A stretch of DNA of 47,832 nt from Thermoleophilaceae bacterium (GTDB taxonomy: Bacteria; Actinomycetota; Thermoleophilia; Solirubrobacterales; Thermoleophilaceae). The stretch is from assembly GCA_036259395.1 (NCBI GenBank), contig DATABV010000015.1, forward strand, positions 1-47,832. Direction: 5' to 3'. A model generated the notes under the pieces. That model had not been told where the DNA came from. It saw only the letters and a list, made by a program, of their open reading frames with translations, and searched no databases. Positions 36,763 to 46,423 of the stretch are shown here, in pieces. The number at the start of each line of letters is the position of its first letter. Position 1 is the first letter of the stretch. A program made the translations under genes and the position numbers.

Positions 36763-38265
36763 CTAGCGCCGCGGCGGCCGGGTCAGGATGGCGCGAACCA
36801 GCTCGCGCTCGCCGCGGTCGAGCCAGACGAGGAAGAAGGCGGCCCAGTAGGCGAGCAGCCCTCCGAGCGCGAGCGCACCGACGGCGAGCGCGCTCTGCGG
36901 GTCGAGCGTCAGCCGCGCGGCGACCAGCGTCGCCGCGAGCAGCGCGCCGAGCGCCCAGGCCGGCGCGAACGCCCGCCGCAGCAGCTCGGCCGGGGCGACG
37001 GGAACGGCCCGCAGCGTGATCCGGATCAGGTACGGGAAGAGCGCGACGTACGGGATCGCCGTCGCCAGCGCGACGCCGTCGAGGCCTAGCGGCGGCGTCA
37101 GCGCGAGCGCGAGCAGCACGCTCGCCGCCGCCACCGCGACCGCCCAGCGCGCGAGGTCGCGCGCCGCCCCGACCGCGACCAGCATCGCCGCGGCGACGCC
37201 GCTCATGCCGTTGAACACCCAGTGGCTCATCAGGATCGCCATCGCCGATCCTGCCTCGCGGAAGGCCGAGCCGAGCCAGACGTCGAGGATCGGCCCGGCG
37301 AGCGCCATCCCGGTCACCGCGATCGGGACGATCAGCGCCAGCGTGTAGCGCGAGCCGCGCACGAGCAGCTCGCGCTGACGGCGGTCGTCCCCGGACGCCT
37401 GGTAGCCCGCGGCGGTCGGCAGGACGGTCACCGTGACCGCCGCGTTGAGCGCGCGGATCAGGTTGTGCGCGCGCACCGGGCCCTCGTACAGCCCGACCGC
37501 GGCGGCCGACTTGAACACGCCGAGGATCAGCCTGCTCAGCGCGTAGACGGCGGCGCTGGCCGCCTCGCTGAGCGAGATGTAGCCGGCTAGCCCGAGCATC
37601 TCGCGGCCGACCGCGCGGCTGGCCGACCGCGGCCGCAGCCGCCACGGCAGCCGCGCCGCCCACGCCGCGAGCGCGCAGCCGAGGCCGGCGAGCAGCGGGA
37701 TCGCCGCGCCCGCGCCGACGATGCTCCACAGCGGGGCGTCGGCGAGCGCGAGGCCGAGCACGAGCGCGACGTAGGCGAGCAGCGCGACGATCTCGGTTCC
37801 GGCTGCGAGCACGAACCGGCCACGCGCCCGCAGCGCGTCGCGGTAGACGGTCAGCGGCCAGCCGGCGAGGGTGACGAGCCCGATCGCGAGGGCGCCGAGA
37901 CGCGCCTGGCGGCGGACCTCGTCGGGGAGGTCGAGCGCCTCGGCCAGCCCGATCCCGACGACGGCGAGCAGCAGCCCGCTCAGCGCCCCGGCGACGACGT
38001 AGAGCAGCGCCGCCGTCGAGAACGCCGCCGACCCGGCGCGCGCGTCGGCCGCCGCCGCCATCGTCCGCACCGCCGCCCCGGCCGCGGCGTTCTGGACGAT
38101 CAGCAGGTAGCCGGCGAGCGCGTTCAGCAGCCCGTAGACGCCGAGCTCGGCCAGCGACAGCCGCCGCGCCAGCACCGTGATCACGGCGAACATCGCCACG
38201 AGCCCCGTCACCTGCGCCGCCTGCTGCGCGAGAGAACCGGTCGCGAGCCGGCGCGCATCGCTCAT
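36763..38265 (-). CDS. MOP-superfamily oligosaccharide/polysaccharide flippase (Wzx-like), second copy
   Basis: ATG 38265 lies inside the 572-aa track ORF. The protein is 500 aa with about 12-14 TM helices. The N-terminal pattern is LAQQAAQVTGLVAMFAVITVLARRLSLAELGVYGLL. Confidence 0.8.
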   Translation of the reverse strand: MSDARRLATGSLAQQAAQVTGLVAMFAVITVLARRLSLAELGVYGLLNALAGYLLIVQNAAAGAAVRTMAAAADARAGSAAFSTAALLYVVAGALSGLLLAVVGIGLAEALDLPDEVRRQARLGALAIGLVTLAGWPLTVYRDALRARGRFVLAAGTEIVALLAYVALVLGLALADAPLWSIVGAGAAIPLLAGLGCALAAWAARLPWRLRPRSASRAVGREMLGLAGYISLSEAASAAVYALSRLILGVFKSAAAVGLYEGPVRAHNLIRALNAAVTVTVLPTAAGYQASGDDRRQRELLVRGSRYTLALIVPIAVTGMALAGPILDVWLGSAFREAGSAMAILMSHWVFNGMSGVAAAMLVAVGAARDLARWAVAVAAASVLLALALTPPLGLDGVALATAIPYVALFPYLIRITLRAVPVAPAELLRRAFAPAWALGALLAATLVAARLTLDPQSALAVGALALGGLLAYWAAFFLVWLDRGERELVRAILTRPPRR

Positions 38266-38270
38266 GGGCG

Positions 38271-38276
38271 TATCTT
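38271..38276 (+). promoter_or_regulatory. -10-like box TATCTT, 7 nt upstream of GTG 38284
   Basis: The sequence is TATCTTctcgcgcGTG, inside an 18-nt divergent gap. Confidence 0.45.
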
Positions 38277-38283
38277 CTCGCGC

Positions 38284-39107
38284 GTGAGTCGGACGCCTTC
38301 CGCCGAGACGGTTCCCCCACGCGCCGGCGCGGCGGCGGGCGTGCGGCGCCGCGATGTGCTCGGGGTGCCGATCGCGCTCGTCGACTACGCGCGCGCGCTG
38401 GACGTGATCGACGCAATGGTCGCGCGCCGGGAGCGCGGTTGGATCTGCGCCGCGCCCGCGATGTCGCTGGTGACCGCGCAAAACGACCCGCTGCTGATGG
38501 CGGCGCTGCGCGGCGCGACGCTGACGCTGCCCGACGGGATGCCGGTCGTCTGGGCGGCGAACCTGCTCGGCCGTCGCAGCGGCGGCGAGCGGCTCGACGA
38601 CCGGGTCTACGGCCCGGACCTAATGCGCTACCACTGCCAGCGCGCCGCCCGCAACGGCCAGCGCGTCTGGCTCTACGGCGGTCACGACGACGACGCGCTG
38701 GCGGCGCTCGAGGCGAGCCTTCTGCGCGACCATCCCGGGCTGCGGATCGTCGGCTCGTGGTCGCCGCCGCACAGCGCGCCGACCGCGGCCGAGGATTGCG
38801 AGATCGCCGAGCGGATCGACGCCGACGCGCCCGATGTCGTCTGGGTCGGCCTCGGCATGCCGAAGCAGGAGCGCTGGATGGCGCGACTGCGCCCGCTGCT
38901 CGAGGCGCCGGTCCTCTGCGGGGTCGGCGCGGCGTTCGACTTCCACGCCGGGCGGGTGGCCCAGGCGCCGCGCTGGATGCAGGAGCGCGGCCTGGAGTGG
39001 GCGCATCGCGTCGTCCAGCAGCCGCGCCGCCAGCTCCCACGCTATCTGCGCTCGAACCCGCGCTTCGTCGTGGGGGTCGCGCGCCAGTACCTGCGCGAGC
39101 GGCGGCC

Positions 39108-39111
<4 letters not shown>
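38284..39111 (+). CDS. WecG/TagA/CpsF-family (GT26) glycosyltransferase
   Basis: GTG start, 275 aa. Motifs: VLGVPIALVDY, LTLPDGMPVVWAA, VYGPDLM, VWLYGG, VWVGLGMPKQERWM, GVGAAFDFHAGRVAQAPRWMQERGLEWAHRVVQQPRR. Confidence 0.9.
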
Positions 39112-39987
<876 letters not shown>

Positions 39988-39998
<11 letters not shown>

Positions 39999-41202
39999 GC
40001 CCGGCGTAGAGCCCGAGCAGGTCCTCGGTGTAGCGCTCGCGCGAATGGCGCTCGCGCGCCCGCGCGATCAACGCGTCGCCCTCGGCGGCGCGCCCGACGG
40101 GGTCGGCCCAAAGCGCAGCGACGCGCGCGGCGAACGACGGTATGTCGCCGATCGCGACGCAGCGGTCCTCCCCGAGCAGCTCGGGAAGGCCGCCCATCGC
40201 TGTCGCGACGACGGGGACGCCGGCGGCCATCGCCTCGAGCGCCGAGTACGGCGAGAACTCGTGGTAGCGCGACGGCATCAGCACCATTCCGGCGCCGCCG
40301 AGCTCGCGACGCACGTCGGCGGCGGACAGCCGGCCGAGGAAGGCGACGTCGGCGGCCGCCGGGGGGCTCGTCGGCGCATCAGAGGCCCTCGCAGCGGCGG
40401 CGACCGTCGCGCCCGCCTCGCGCGCGAGCCGCTCCAGGCGTTCGCGCTCCGGCCCCTCTCCGGCGATCCGCAGCGGCACGCGCGCCGTCAGGCAGGCGGT
40501 CAGCGCGTCCTCGATCCCCTTCTCCGGCGAGAGGCGGGAGGCGACGAACGCGTAGCCGCCGTCGCCAGCGGCGGAGCGCTCGGCGAACGAGTCGGCCGGC
40601 AGGTAGTGGCGCAGCACCTCGAGGCGCTCCGCCGGCAGCCCGCGGGCGGCGAGCTCGTCGCGTGCGGCCGCGCTCGGGGCGACGAAGCGGTCGACCGCGT
40701 CGAGCAGGCGCGGCTGGTGCAGCGACAGCGCCGCCGTGTACGCGACGGCCTCCGGCAGCGAGCGCCGGCAGTTCAGCACCAGCCCCGGCAGGGTGTTCCG
40801 TCCGCGACAGCGCCGGCACGGACCACCGTCGCGCTCGCCGAAGCCGGTCGAGCAGAAGATCCGCACGTTGTGCAGGTGCAGCACGACCCCCGCTCCGGCG
40901 TCACGCGCAGCGGCCAGCCCGGCGGGGCCCACCAGCGGCACGGTGTTGTGCGCATGGACCAGCGCCGGCCCACCGCCCGCGAGCCGCCGAACCGCGTCGG
41001 CCAGCTCCTGCGGGTCGGCGCCGCAGCGCAGCAGGGCGCGCGCCGCGCCGGCCCTGCCGACGTCGGCGGAGCGTCGCTCGAAGCTCGCGTGCTCGACCCC
41101 GGCTGCCTCGAGCGCGCGCAGCTGCAGGTCCACGGACCGCTCCTCGCCGCCCGCGATCCGGTAGCGGTTGTGCACTACGAGCACGCGCGGGCCTGCGGAC
41201 AC
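39988..41202 (-). CDS. Family 4 (GT-B) glycosyltransferase with a 4-Cys insertion
   Basis: GTG 41202 lies inside the 702-aa track ORF, with a TAGGTT box 7 nt upstream. Motifs: RVLVVHNRYRIAGGEE, YAFVASRLSPEKG, VLMPSRYHEFSPYSALEAMAAGVPVVAT. The insertion is C-x11-C-x2-C-x12-C (FCSTGFGERDGGPCRRCRGRNTLPGLVLNC). Confidence 0.85.
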
Positions 41203-41208
41203 CGCGGC

Positions 41209-41215
41209 TAACCTA
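41209..41215. promoter_or_regulatory. Overlapping face-to-face -10-like boxes (plus TAACCT, minus TAGGTT) in a 21-nt divergent gap
   Basis: Plus-strand TAACCT (41209-41214) lies 9 nt before ATG 41224. Minus-strand TAGGTT (41215-41210) lies 7 nt before GTG 41202. Confidence 0.4.
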
Positions 41216-41223
41216 CCGGCGCT

Positions 41224-42135
41224 ATGCGCGAGCCGGCCGTCTCCGTCGTGGTGCCAACCCGCAACCGCGCCGGTTATCTGGAGGTCACGCTCGCCTCGCT
41301 CGCCGCGCAGGCGCCCAGCGTGCCCTACGAGGTGATCGTCGTCGACGACGGCTCGAGCGACGCGACCGCCGAGGTGGTCGCGGGCGCCGCAAGCCTCGCC
41401 CAGGCGCCCGATGTCGGATCGGCGCGCCCAGGCGATGCGAATCCGACATCTGGCCCGCGGGTCGCCTACCTCCGCCACAAAACGTCCCGCGGTCCCAACG
41501 CCGCGCGCAACGCGGGCATCGCCGCGGCGCGCGGAGCGCTGATCGCGCTGATCGACGACGACGTCCGCGTCCCGCCCGACTGGGTCGGCGAGCTGGCCGC
41601 AGGCGCCGAACGCCACCGTTGGGCGGAGGCGCTCGGCGGCCCGATCCGAGCGAGCCTCGAGGGACCGGCGCCGCGCTCCTGCGGGCGCGAGTCCGCTCCG
41701 GTGACCACGCTCGACCTCGGTCCGCGCGACTGCGAGACCGACTTCGTCTGGAGCGCGAACATGGCCGTCCGGCGCGGCGCGATCGAGCGCATCGGCGGCT
41801 TCGATGAGCAGGTGCCGATCTACGGCGACGAGGAGGAGTGGCTGATCCGCCTGCACGCCAACGGCGGCCGCGTCGCGTATGTCGCGGGCGCCTGGCTCGA
41901 GCACCGCCGCGCGGGCGACGACGCGCGCCTGCGCTCGCTCGCACGCGCCGAGTACCGCCGCGGACGCGCGGCGCGCCGCAACGACCGGCGCAAGGGCACG
42001 GCGCAGCCGCTGCACGGCGAGCTGCGCGACCTCGCGGGCGCCGGTTGGCACACCGCCCGCCGACGCTGTGCCCAGGGCCTGATCATGGGCGCCCACTCGA
42101 CCGGCCGGCTGGTCGAGGCACTGCGCGGGCGATGA
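41224..42135 (+). CDS. Family 2 glycosyltransferase
   Basis: 303 aa. Motifs: VSVVVPTRNRAGYLEVTLASLAAQ, EVIVVDDGSSDAT, LIALIDDDVRVPPDW, YGDEEEW. Confidence 0.85.
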   Translation: MREPAVSVVVPTRNRAGYLEVTLASLAAQAPSVPYEVIVVDDGSSDATAEVVAGAASLAQAPDVGSARPGDANPTSGPRVAYLRHKTSRGPNAARNAGIAAARGALIALIDDDVRVPPDWVGELAAGAERHRWAEALGGPIRASLEGPAPRSCGRESAPVTTLDLGPRDCETDFVWSANMAVRRGAIERIGGFDEQVPIYGDEEEWLIRLHANGGRVAYVAGAWLEHRRAGDDARLRSLARAEYRRGRAARRNDRRKGTAQPLHGELRDLAGAGWHTARRRCAQGLIMGAHSTGRLVEALRGR

Positions 42136-43001
42136 GCGAGGCCCTGCCCGACCCAGCGAGCTTCCTCTCGGGCGAGTCCGGCACCGTCGCCGGGAAGAAG
42201 CTGACCGTCACGCGGACCGCCGCGGACTGGACCTGCAACCTGGCGGGTCTGGCGGCGCTGACCGGGCCGCGGCTCGACCGGCTCGCCGCTGTCCAAACGC
42301 CACGGCGGGTGCTCGTGCTGTCGATCTACCGGCCTGGCTCGCTGTTGGCGACTGCGGCTGCGCGCCTGGGCTCCGACCGCCACGACGTCACCTTCGCCTT
42401 CGGCGCGACCGCCGAGCCCGACCCCGCCCTCGCGAGCGACACCGTGCTGGATGGACTCGCCGGAGGCAAGTTCGAGAACCTCAACCGGCTGCTCGCAGCC
42501 TCGCCGCCGCTCGACGACTTCGACTGGCTGATCGCCGCCGACGACGACGTCGAGCTCGCGCCGCGCTTTCTCGACCGCGCACTCGCGCTCTGCGAGCGGC
42601 TCGGCCTCGACATCGCCCAGCCGGCGCAGACGATGCGCAGCCACGCCGCCTGGCGCGTCACCCGCCGCCGGCCGTTCTCGCTCGCCCGCCGGACCGACTA
42701 CGTCGAGATCGGTCCGGTGACGCTGTTCTCGCGCCGCGCGGCCGCCGAGCTGACGCCGTTCCCGCGGCTGCGCTTCGGCTGGGGGCTCGACAACCACTGG
42801 GGCGCGCTGGCGCGCGAGCGCGGCTGGCGGCTCGGGATCCTCGACGCGCTGCCCGTGCGCCACGAGTCCCAGAAGGTCGCGACGACCTACACCCACGCCG
42901 AGGCGATCGACGAGGGCCGCCGCTTCCTCGCCGGACGGCCGTACGTGACCGCCGCGGAGGCGCAGCGGACGCTCGCGACGATCCGGCGGATCCCCTCGTG
43001 A
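42132..43001 (+). CDS. Hypothetical protein, possibly GT-A-like (DUF707-like?)
   Basis: ATG 42132 overlaps the upstream stop as ATGA, inside the 387-aa track ORF. Motifs: RRVLVLSIYRPGS, GGKFENLNRLL, FDWLIAADDDVEL (DxD-like), DIAQPAQ, VEIGPVTLFSRRA. The family assignment is weak and from memory. Confidence 0.45.
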   Translation: MSEALPDPASFLSGESGTVAGKKLTVTRTAADWTCNLAGLAALTGPRLDRLAAVQTPRRVLVLSIYRPGSLLATAAARLGSDRHDVTFAFGATAEPDPALASDTVLDGLAGGKFENLNRLLAASPPLDDFDWLIAADDDVELAPRFLDRALALCERLGLDIAQPAQTMRSHAAWRVTRRRPFSLARRTDYVEIGPVTLFSRRAAAELTPFPRLRFGWGLDNHWGALARERGWRLGILDALPVRHESQKVATTYTHAEAIDEGRRFLAGRPYVTAAEAQRTLATIRRIPS

Positions 43002-44122
43002 GCGCCCGCCGCCTGCGGATCCTGGTGGTGCCGAAGTGGTATCCCTGGCCCGACCGGCCCGTCTTCGGGGCCTTTTGCCGCGAGCACGCGCGCGCCCTGG
43101 CGACCCGACACGACGTCGTCGTGCTCGCGTCGCTGGCGACGCCGAGGCCCGGCTTCGCGGCGTTCCAGCTCGAGGACGCGGTCGAGGACGGGGTCCGAAC
43201 GATCCGCGTCCGCTACCGCCGGCCGTTCCTGCGCCCGGCCGCGATGGGCTTCCAGCTGGTCGGCATGCTCGCCGCACTGCGCCGCCTGCGCCGCGACGGC
43301 TGGCGGCCCGACGTCGTTCATGCCCACGTCTTCGAGGCCGCGCCGCCGGCGCTCGCGCTCGGCCGCCTGAGCCGCGCCCCCGTCGCGATCACCGAGCACT
43401 ACACGGGCTTCCAGCGCGGCCTGGTCACAGGCTATGACCGACTGCTCGCGAAGTGGTCGTTCGAGCGCGCCGATCTCGTCGCGCCGGTCAGCGAGCAGCT
43501 CGCCGGCGACCTGCGCGCGCTGGCGCCGCGCGCCCGCTTCGAGGTCGTGCCCAACGTCGTCGACACGTCAGCGTTCGCGCCACCAGCGGCGGCCGGTGAG
43601 CGTGGAGCCCCGCGCCTGCTCAACGTCGCGGCGCTCGCCGAGAAGAAGGGGCACCGCTACCTGCTCGACGCGCTCGTCGACTTGCCCGATGCAACGCTCG
43701 ACATCGTCGGCGACGGCGAGCTGCGCGGCGACCTGGAACGCCAGGCGAACGCGCTCGCGCTCGGCGACCGCGTCCGCTTTCACGGCGAGCGCTCAAAGGA
43801 GGAGGTCGCCGCGCTGATGCGCGCCGCCGACCTCTTCGTCCTCCCGAGCCTCGCCGAGAATCTCCCCGTAGTCCTGATCGAGGCGCAGGCGAGTGGGCTC
43901 CCCGCGGTCGCCACCTCCATCGGCGGCGTCCCGGAGCTCGTCGACGACCAGGCCGGACTGCTCGTGCCGCCGGCGGACCCCGCGGCGCTCGCCGCCGCGA
44001 TCCGCGCCGCCTCCGAGCGCGACTTCGACCCGCTGGCGCTCGCCACCCGCGCCCGTGATCGCTACGGCTACGACGCCATCTGCGCCCGCTGGACCGCGAT
44101 CTACGAGCGGCTACTCGCCTGA
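42998..44122 (+). CDS. Family 4 (GT-B) glycosyltransferase
   Basis: GTG start overlaps the upstream stop as GTGA. Motifs: LRILVVPKWYPWPDRPVFGAF, LLNVAALAEKKGHRYL, FVLPSLAENLPVVLIEAQASGLPAVAT. Confidence 0.9.
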   Translation: MSARRLRILVVPKWYPWPDRPVFGAFCREHARALATRHDVVVLASLATPRPGFAAFQLEDAVEDGVRTIRVRYRRPFLRPAAMGFQLVGMLAALRRLRRDGWRPDVVHAHVFEAAPPALALGRLSRAPVAITEHYTGFQRGLVTGYDRLLAKWSFERADLVAPVSEQLAGDLRALAPRARFEVVPNVVDTSAFAPPAAAGERGAPRLLNVAALAEKKGHRYLLDALVDLPDATLDIVGDGELRGDLERQANALALGDRVRFHGERSKEEVAALMRAADLFVLPSLAENLPVVLIEAQASGLPAVATSIGGVPELVDDQAGLLVPPADPAALAAAIRAASERDFDPLALATRARDRYGYDAICARWTAIYERLLA

Positions 44123-44180
44123 ACCGCCGCCGCGCGAACGATTCTCGGGGCCATAGGCCGAGGCTACGACCGGCCGGGCC

Positions 44181-45239
44181 TCAACGCGAACCGAGGAGCG
44201 CGGGCAGGACACGCTCGGCGACGATCTTGCGCAGGGCGGCGTCCGAGTAGGGCTCGAGCGCGCGGCGCACCGCGACGCCGTAACGCGCACGCTGCTCGTC
44301 GGTCATCGCGAGGCCGGTGCGCAGCGCCGCCGCGAGGGCGGGGGCGCTGGCGTCGGAGGCGATCAGCTCGGAGCCGATCCGCCGGGCGATCGGGAGCGCC
44401 GCGTTGGGGCCGGGCGTGGGCACCGTGACCAGCGGCGTGCCGGCCGCGAGCGCCTCCATCTGAGCGACGCCCCAGTCCTCGTAGCGAGCGGCGCTCAGAT
44501 ACACACGCGACCCCGCCACCAGCGCAGTCCAGCGTTCGCGCGGGACGGCCCCGACGAACTCGACGTCCGTCGGCTCGGCGACTCCGCGGCGCGCGAGCCA
44601 GCGCAGCGCGTCCTCGTGGCCGATGCCCCCGACGACCAGGCGCGCACCTTCCGGCGCCGCTGCGCGCCACGCCTCGCAGAGGACGTCGAGCCCGCGCTTC
44701 TCGGGATTCGCCGCGTAGGCGGTCGCGTCGGGCGCGTCGGCGGCGACCCCGCCGGGGAGGTCGACCACGCACGGAAGCACCACCACGTCGGGTGGCGAGG
44801 GCGCCGGGCCGGCGGCGACCGCTCGCAGCGCCGCCTCAGCCGCGGCTTCGCTCCACGGCAGCAGGAGGTCGGCTCGCCCGAGGACTGCCCGCTCCCGCCG
44901 CCGCTGCCAGGCGCCGCCTACCCCGGGCCGACTCAGCGCCGCGATCGTGTCGAACCGGACCGCATGCGGACGGCGCAGCGGCTGTAGCAGCGCCGCGGTG
45001 ATGCTCGAGTAGACGACCGCGCGCGCGTCGACGCCACTCGCCGCCCGCCGCGCAGCAAGCGCCTGCAGCACATCGGTCGTCGCCATCGAGCGCTGCAGGT
45101 GACGCGCCAAGCCGAGCCGCATCGGCCGCAGCTCGCAGGTGGCGCCGGCCGCCTCGATCTGCGTCGCCAGCGCCTCGTCGCCGCGCCGCCAGCCCATCGT
45201 CGTCCCGAGCGAGACGATCGCGATGTCGACGGCGGCCAC
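44181..45239 (-). CDS. Glycosyltransferase, GT-B fold (GT4/GT1-like)
   Basis: GTG 45239 lies inside the 417-aa track ORF and preserves the beta1 strand VDIAIVSLGTTMGW. A TACTCT box lies 6 nt upstream. The C-domain reads AYAANPEKRGLDVL...YLSAARYEDWGVAQMEALAAGTPLVT. Confidence 0.7.
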   Translation of the reverse strand: MAAVDIAIVSLGTTMGWRRGDEALATQIEAAGATCELRPMRLGLARHLQRSMATTDVLQALAARRAASGVDARAVVYSSITAALLQPLRRPHAVRFDTIAALSRPGVGGAWQRRRERAVLGRADLLLPWSEAAAEAALRAVAAGPAPSPPDVVVLPCVVDLPGGVAADAPDATAYAANPEKRGLDVLCEAWRAAAPEGARLVVGGIGHEDALRWLARRGVAEPTDVEFVGAVPRERWTALVAGSRVYLSAARYEDWGVAQMEALAAGTPLVTVPTPGPNAALPIARRIGSELIASDASAPALAAALRTGLAMTDEQRARYGVAVRRALEPYSDAALRKIVAERVLPALLGSR

Positions 45240-45245
45240 GGCCGC

Positions 45246-45251
45246 AGAGTA
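45246..45251 (-). promoter_or_regulatory. -10-like box TACTCT, 6 nt upstream of GTG 45239
   Basis: The minus strand reads TACTCTGCGGCCGTG. It shares the 12-mer TCTGCGGCCGTG with the 5425 start region. Confidence 0.45.
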
Positions 45252-45284
45252 TGCGCGGCCTCGCCGGGCTATGTTCCGCCCGGC

Positions 45285-46388
45285 ATGTCCGCTGACCCGC
45301 GCCCGGCCTGCCTGCTGACGGGCATCGTCTCCCCCTACCGCCGCGAGCCGTTCCGGCTGCTCGCCGAGGCAGAGCGAGTCGAGGTGATCGCCCACGAGCA
45401 CGCCGGGCCGCCGATCCCCGGCCTGACCGTCCACCGCACATCGGAGATCGGCGCCGTCCGGCTCGCAGCCTCAGGCCGCTATCGAGCGATCGTCGCCGGG
45501 CTCGACGGGCGGGTCGCACTGCCCGGCGCCTACGCCGCCGCGCGGGCTCGCGGCGTGCCGTTCGTCCTCTGGGCGACGATCTGGGCCCATCCGCGAACGC
45601 CGGCGCACGCGCTCTCCTACCTGCCGACCCGCCATCTCTACCGAGCGGCCGATGCCGTGGCGACCTACGGCCCGCATGTCAGCCGCTACGTCGAGCGCTA
45701 TCGCGGCACGGACGGCGGCGTCGTCGTGGCACCGCAGGCGGTCGACGTCGACCACTTCGGCGCGCCGGTCTCCGACGCCGAGCGCGTCGCCGCGCGCGAG
45801 CGCGCCGGCGGTCCGGGCACCGAGCTGCTCGTCCTCTTCGTCGGACGCCTGGTGCGCGAGAAGGGAGTAGCGACGCTGGTCGCCGCCTGGCGGCGTGCCG
45901 GCCTCGCGCCAGACGCGCGGCTCGCATTCGCGGGCAGCGGCCCGCTCGACGGCAGGATCAGGCGCGCGGTCCCCGAGGCCCGCCTGCTCGGTCAGGTCGC
46001 AGCCGACGAGCTGCCGGCGCTCTACGCGGCCGCCGACATCCTCGTCCTGCCCTCGATCCCCACCGCATCGTTTCGCGAGCCGTGGGGTCTCGTAGTCAAT
46101 GAGGCGATGCTGCAGCGAACCCCCGTCATCGCCTCGGATGCCGTCGGCGCAGCCGCGGGCGGGCTCGTCCGGGACGGGCGCAACGGCTTCGTCGTCGCGG
46201 CCCGCGACGCGGACGCGCTCGCCGCTCGCCTGCGCGTCCTGGCCGGTGACGCCGGCGTACGGGAGCGGATGGGCGCGGCAGCACGGGAGGACGCCGCCGC
46301 TCACACCCCGGCGGCATGGGCGGCGGGGATGGCGCGCGCGCTGGCCGCGGCCGGGGCGGGACGCGCCGACAGCGGAGGCGATTGCTAG
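45285..46388 (+). CDS. Family 4 (GT-B) glycosyltransferase
   Basis: ATG 45285 lies inside the 429-aa track ORF, with a TATGTT box 9 nt upstream. Motifs: LLVLFVGRLVREKG, ILVLPSIPTASFREPWGLVVNEAMLQRTPVIAS. Confidence 0.85.
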   Translation: MSADPRPACLLTGIVSPYRREPFRLLAEAERVEVIAHEHAGPPIPGLTVHRTSEIGAVRLAASGRYRAIVAGLDGRVALPGAYAAARARGVPFVLWATIWAHPRTPAHALSYLPTRHLYRAADAVATYGPHVSRYVERYRGTDGGVVVAPQAVDVDHFGAPVSDAERVAARERAGGPGTELLVLFVGRLVREKGVATLVAAWRRAGLAPDARLAFAGSGPLDGRIRRAVPEARLLGQVAADELPALYAAADILVLPSIPTASFREPWGLVVNEAMLQRTPVIASDAVGAAAGGLVRDGRNGFVVAARDADALAARLRVLAGDAGVRERMGAAAREDAAAHTPAAWAAGMARALAAAGAGRADSGGDC

Positions 46389-46423
46389 CCTGACACGCTT
46401 CGGCGAGCAGGAGGCGGTTCAGG

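Noticed and set aside
44123-44180. A possible bidirectional terminator in the 58-nt gap between convergent GT genes
   Set aside because: Only short stems are visible by eye (GGCC...GGCC and GAGGC...GCCTC, about 5 bp) and there is no U-tract. That is not enough to call a terminator.
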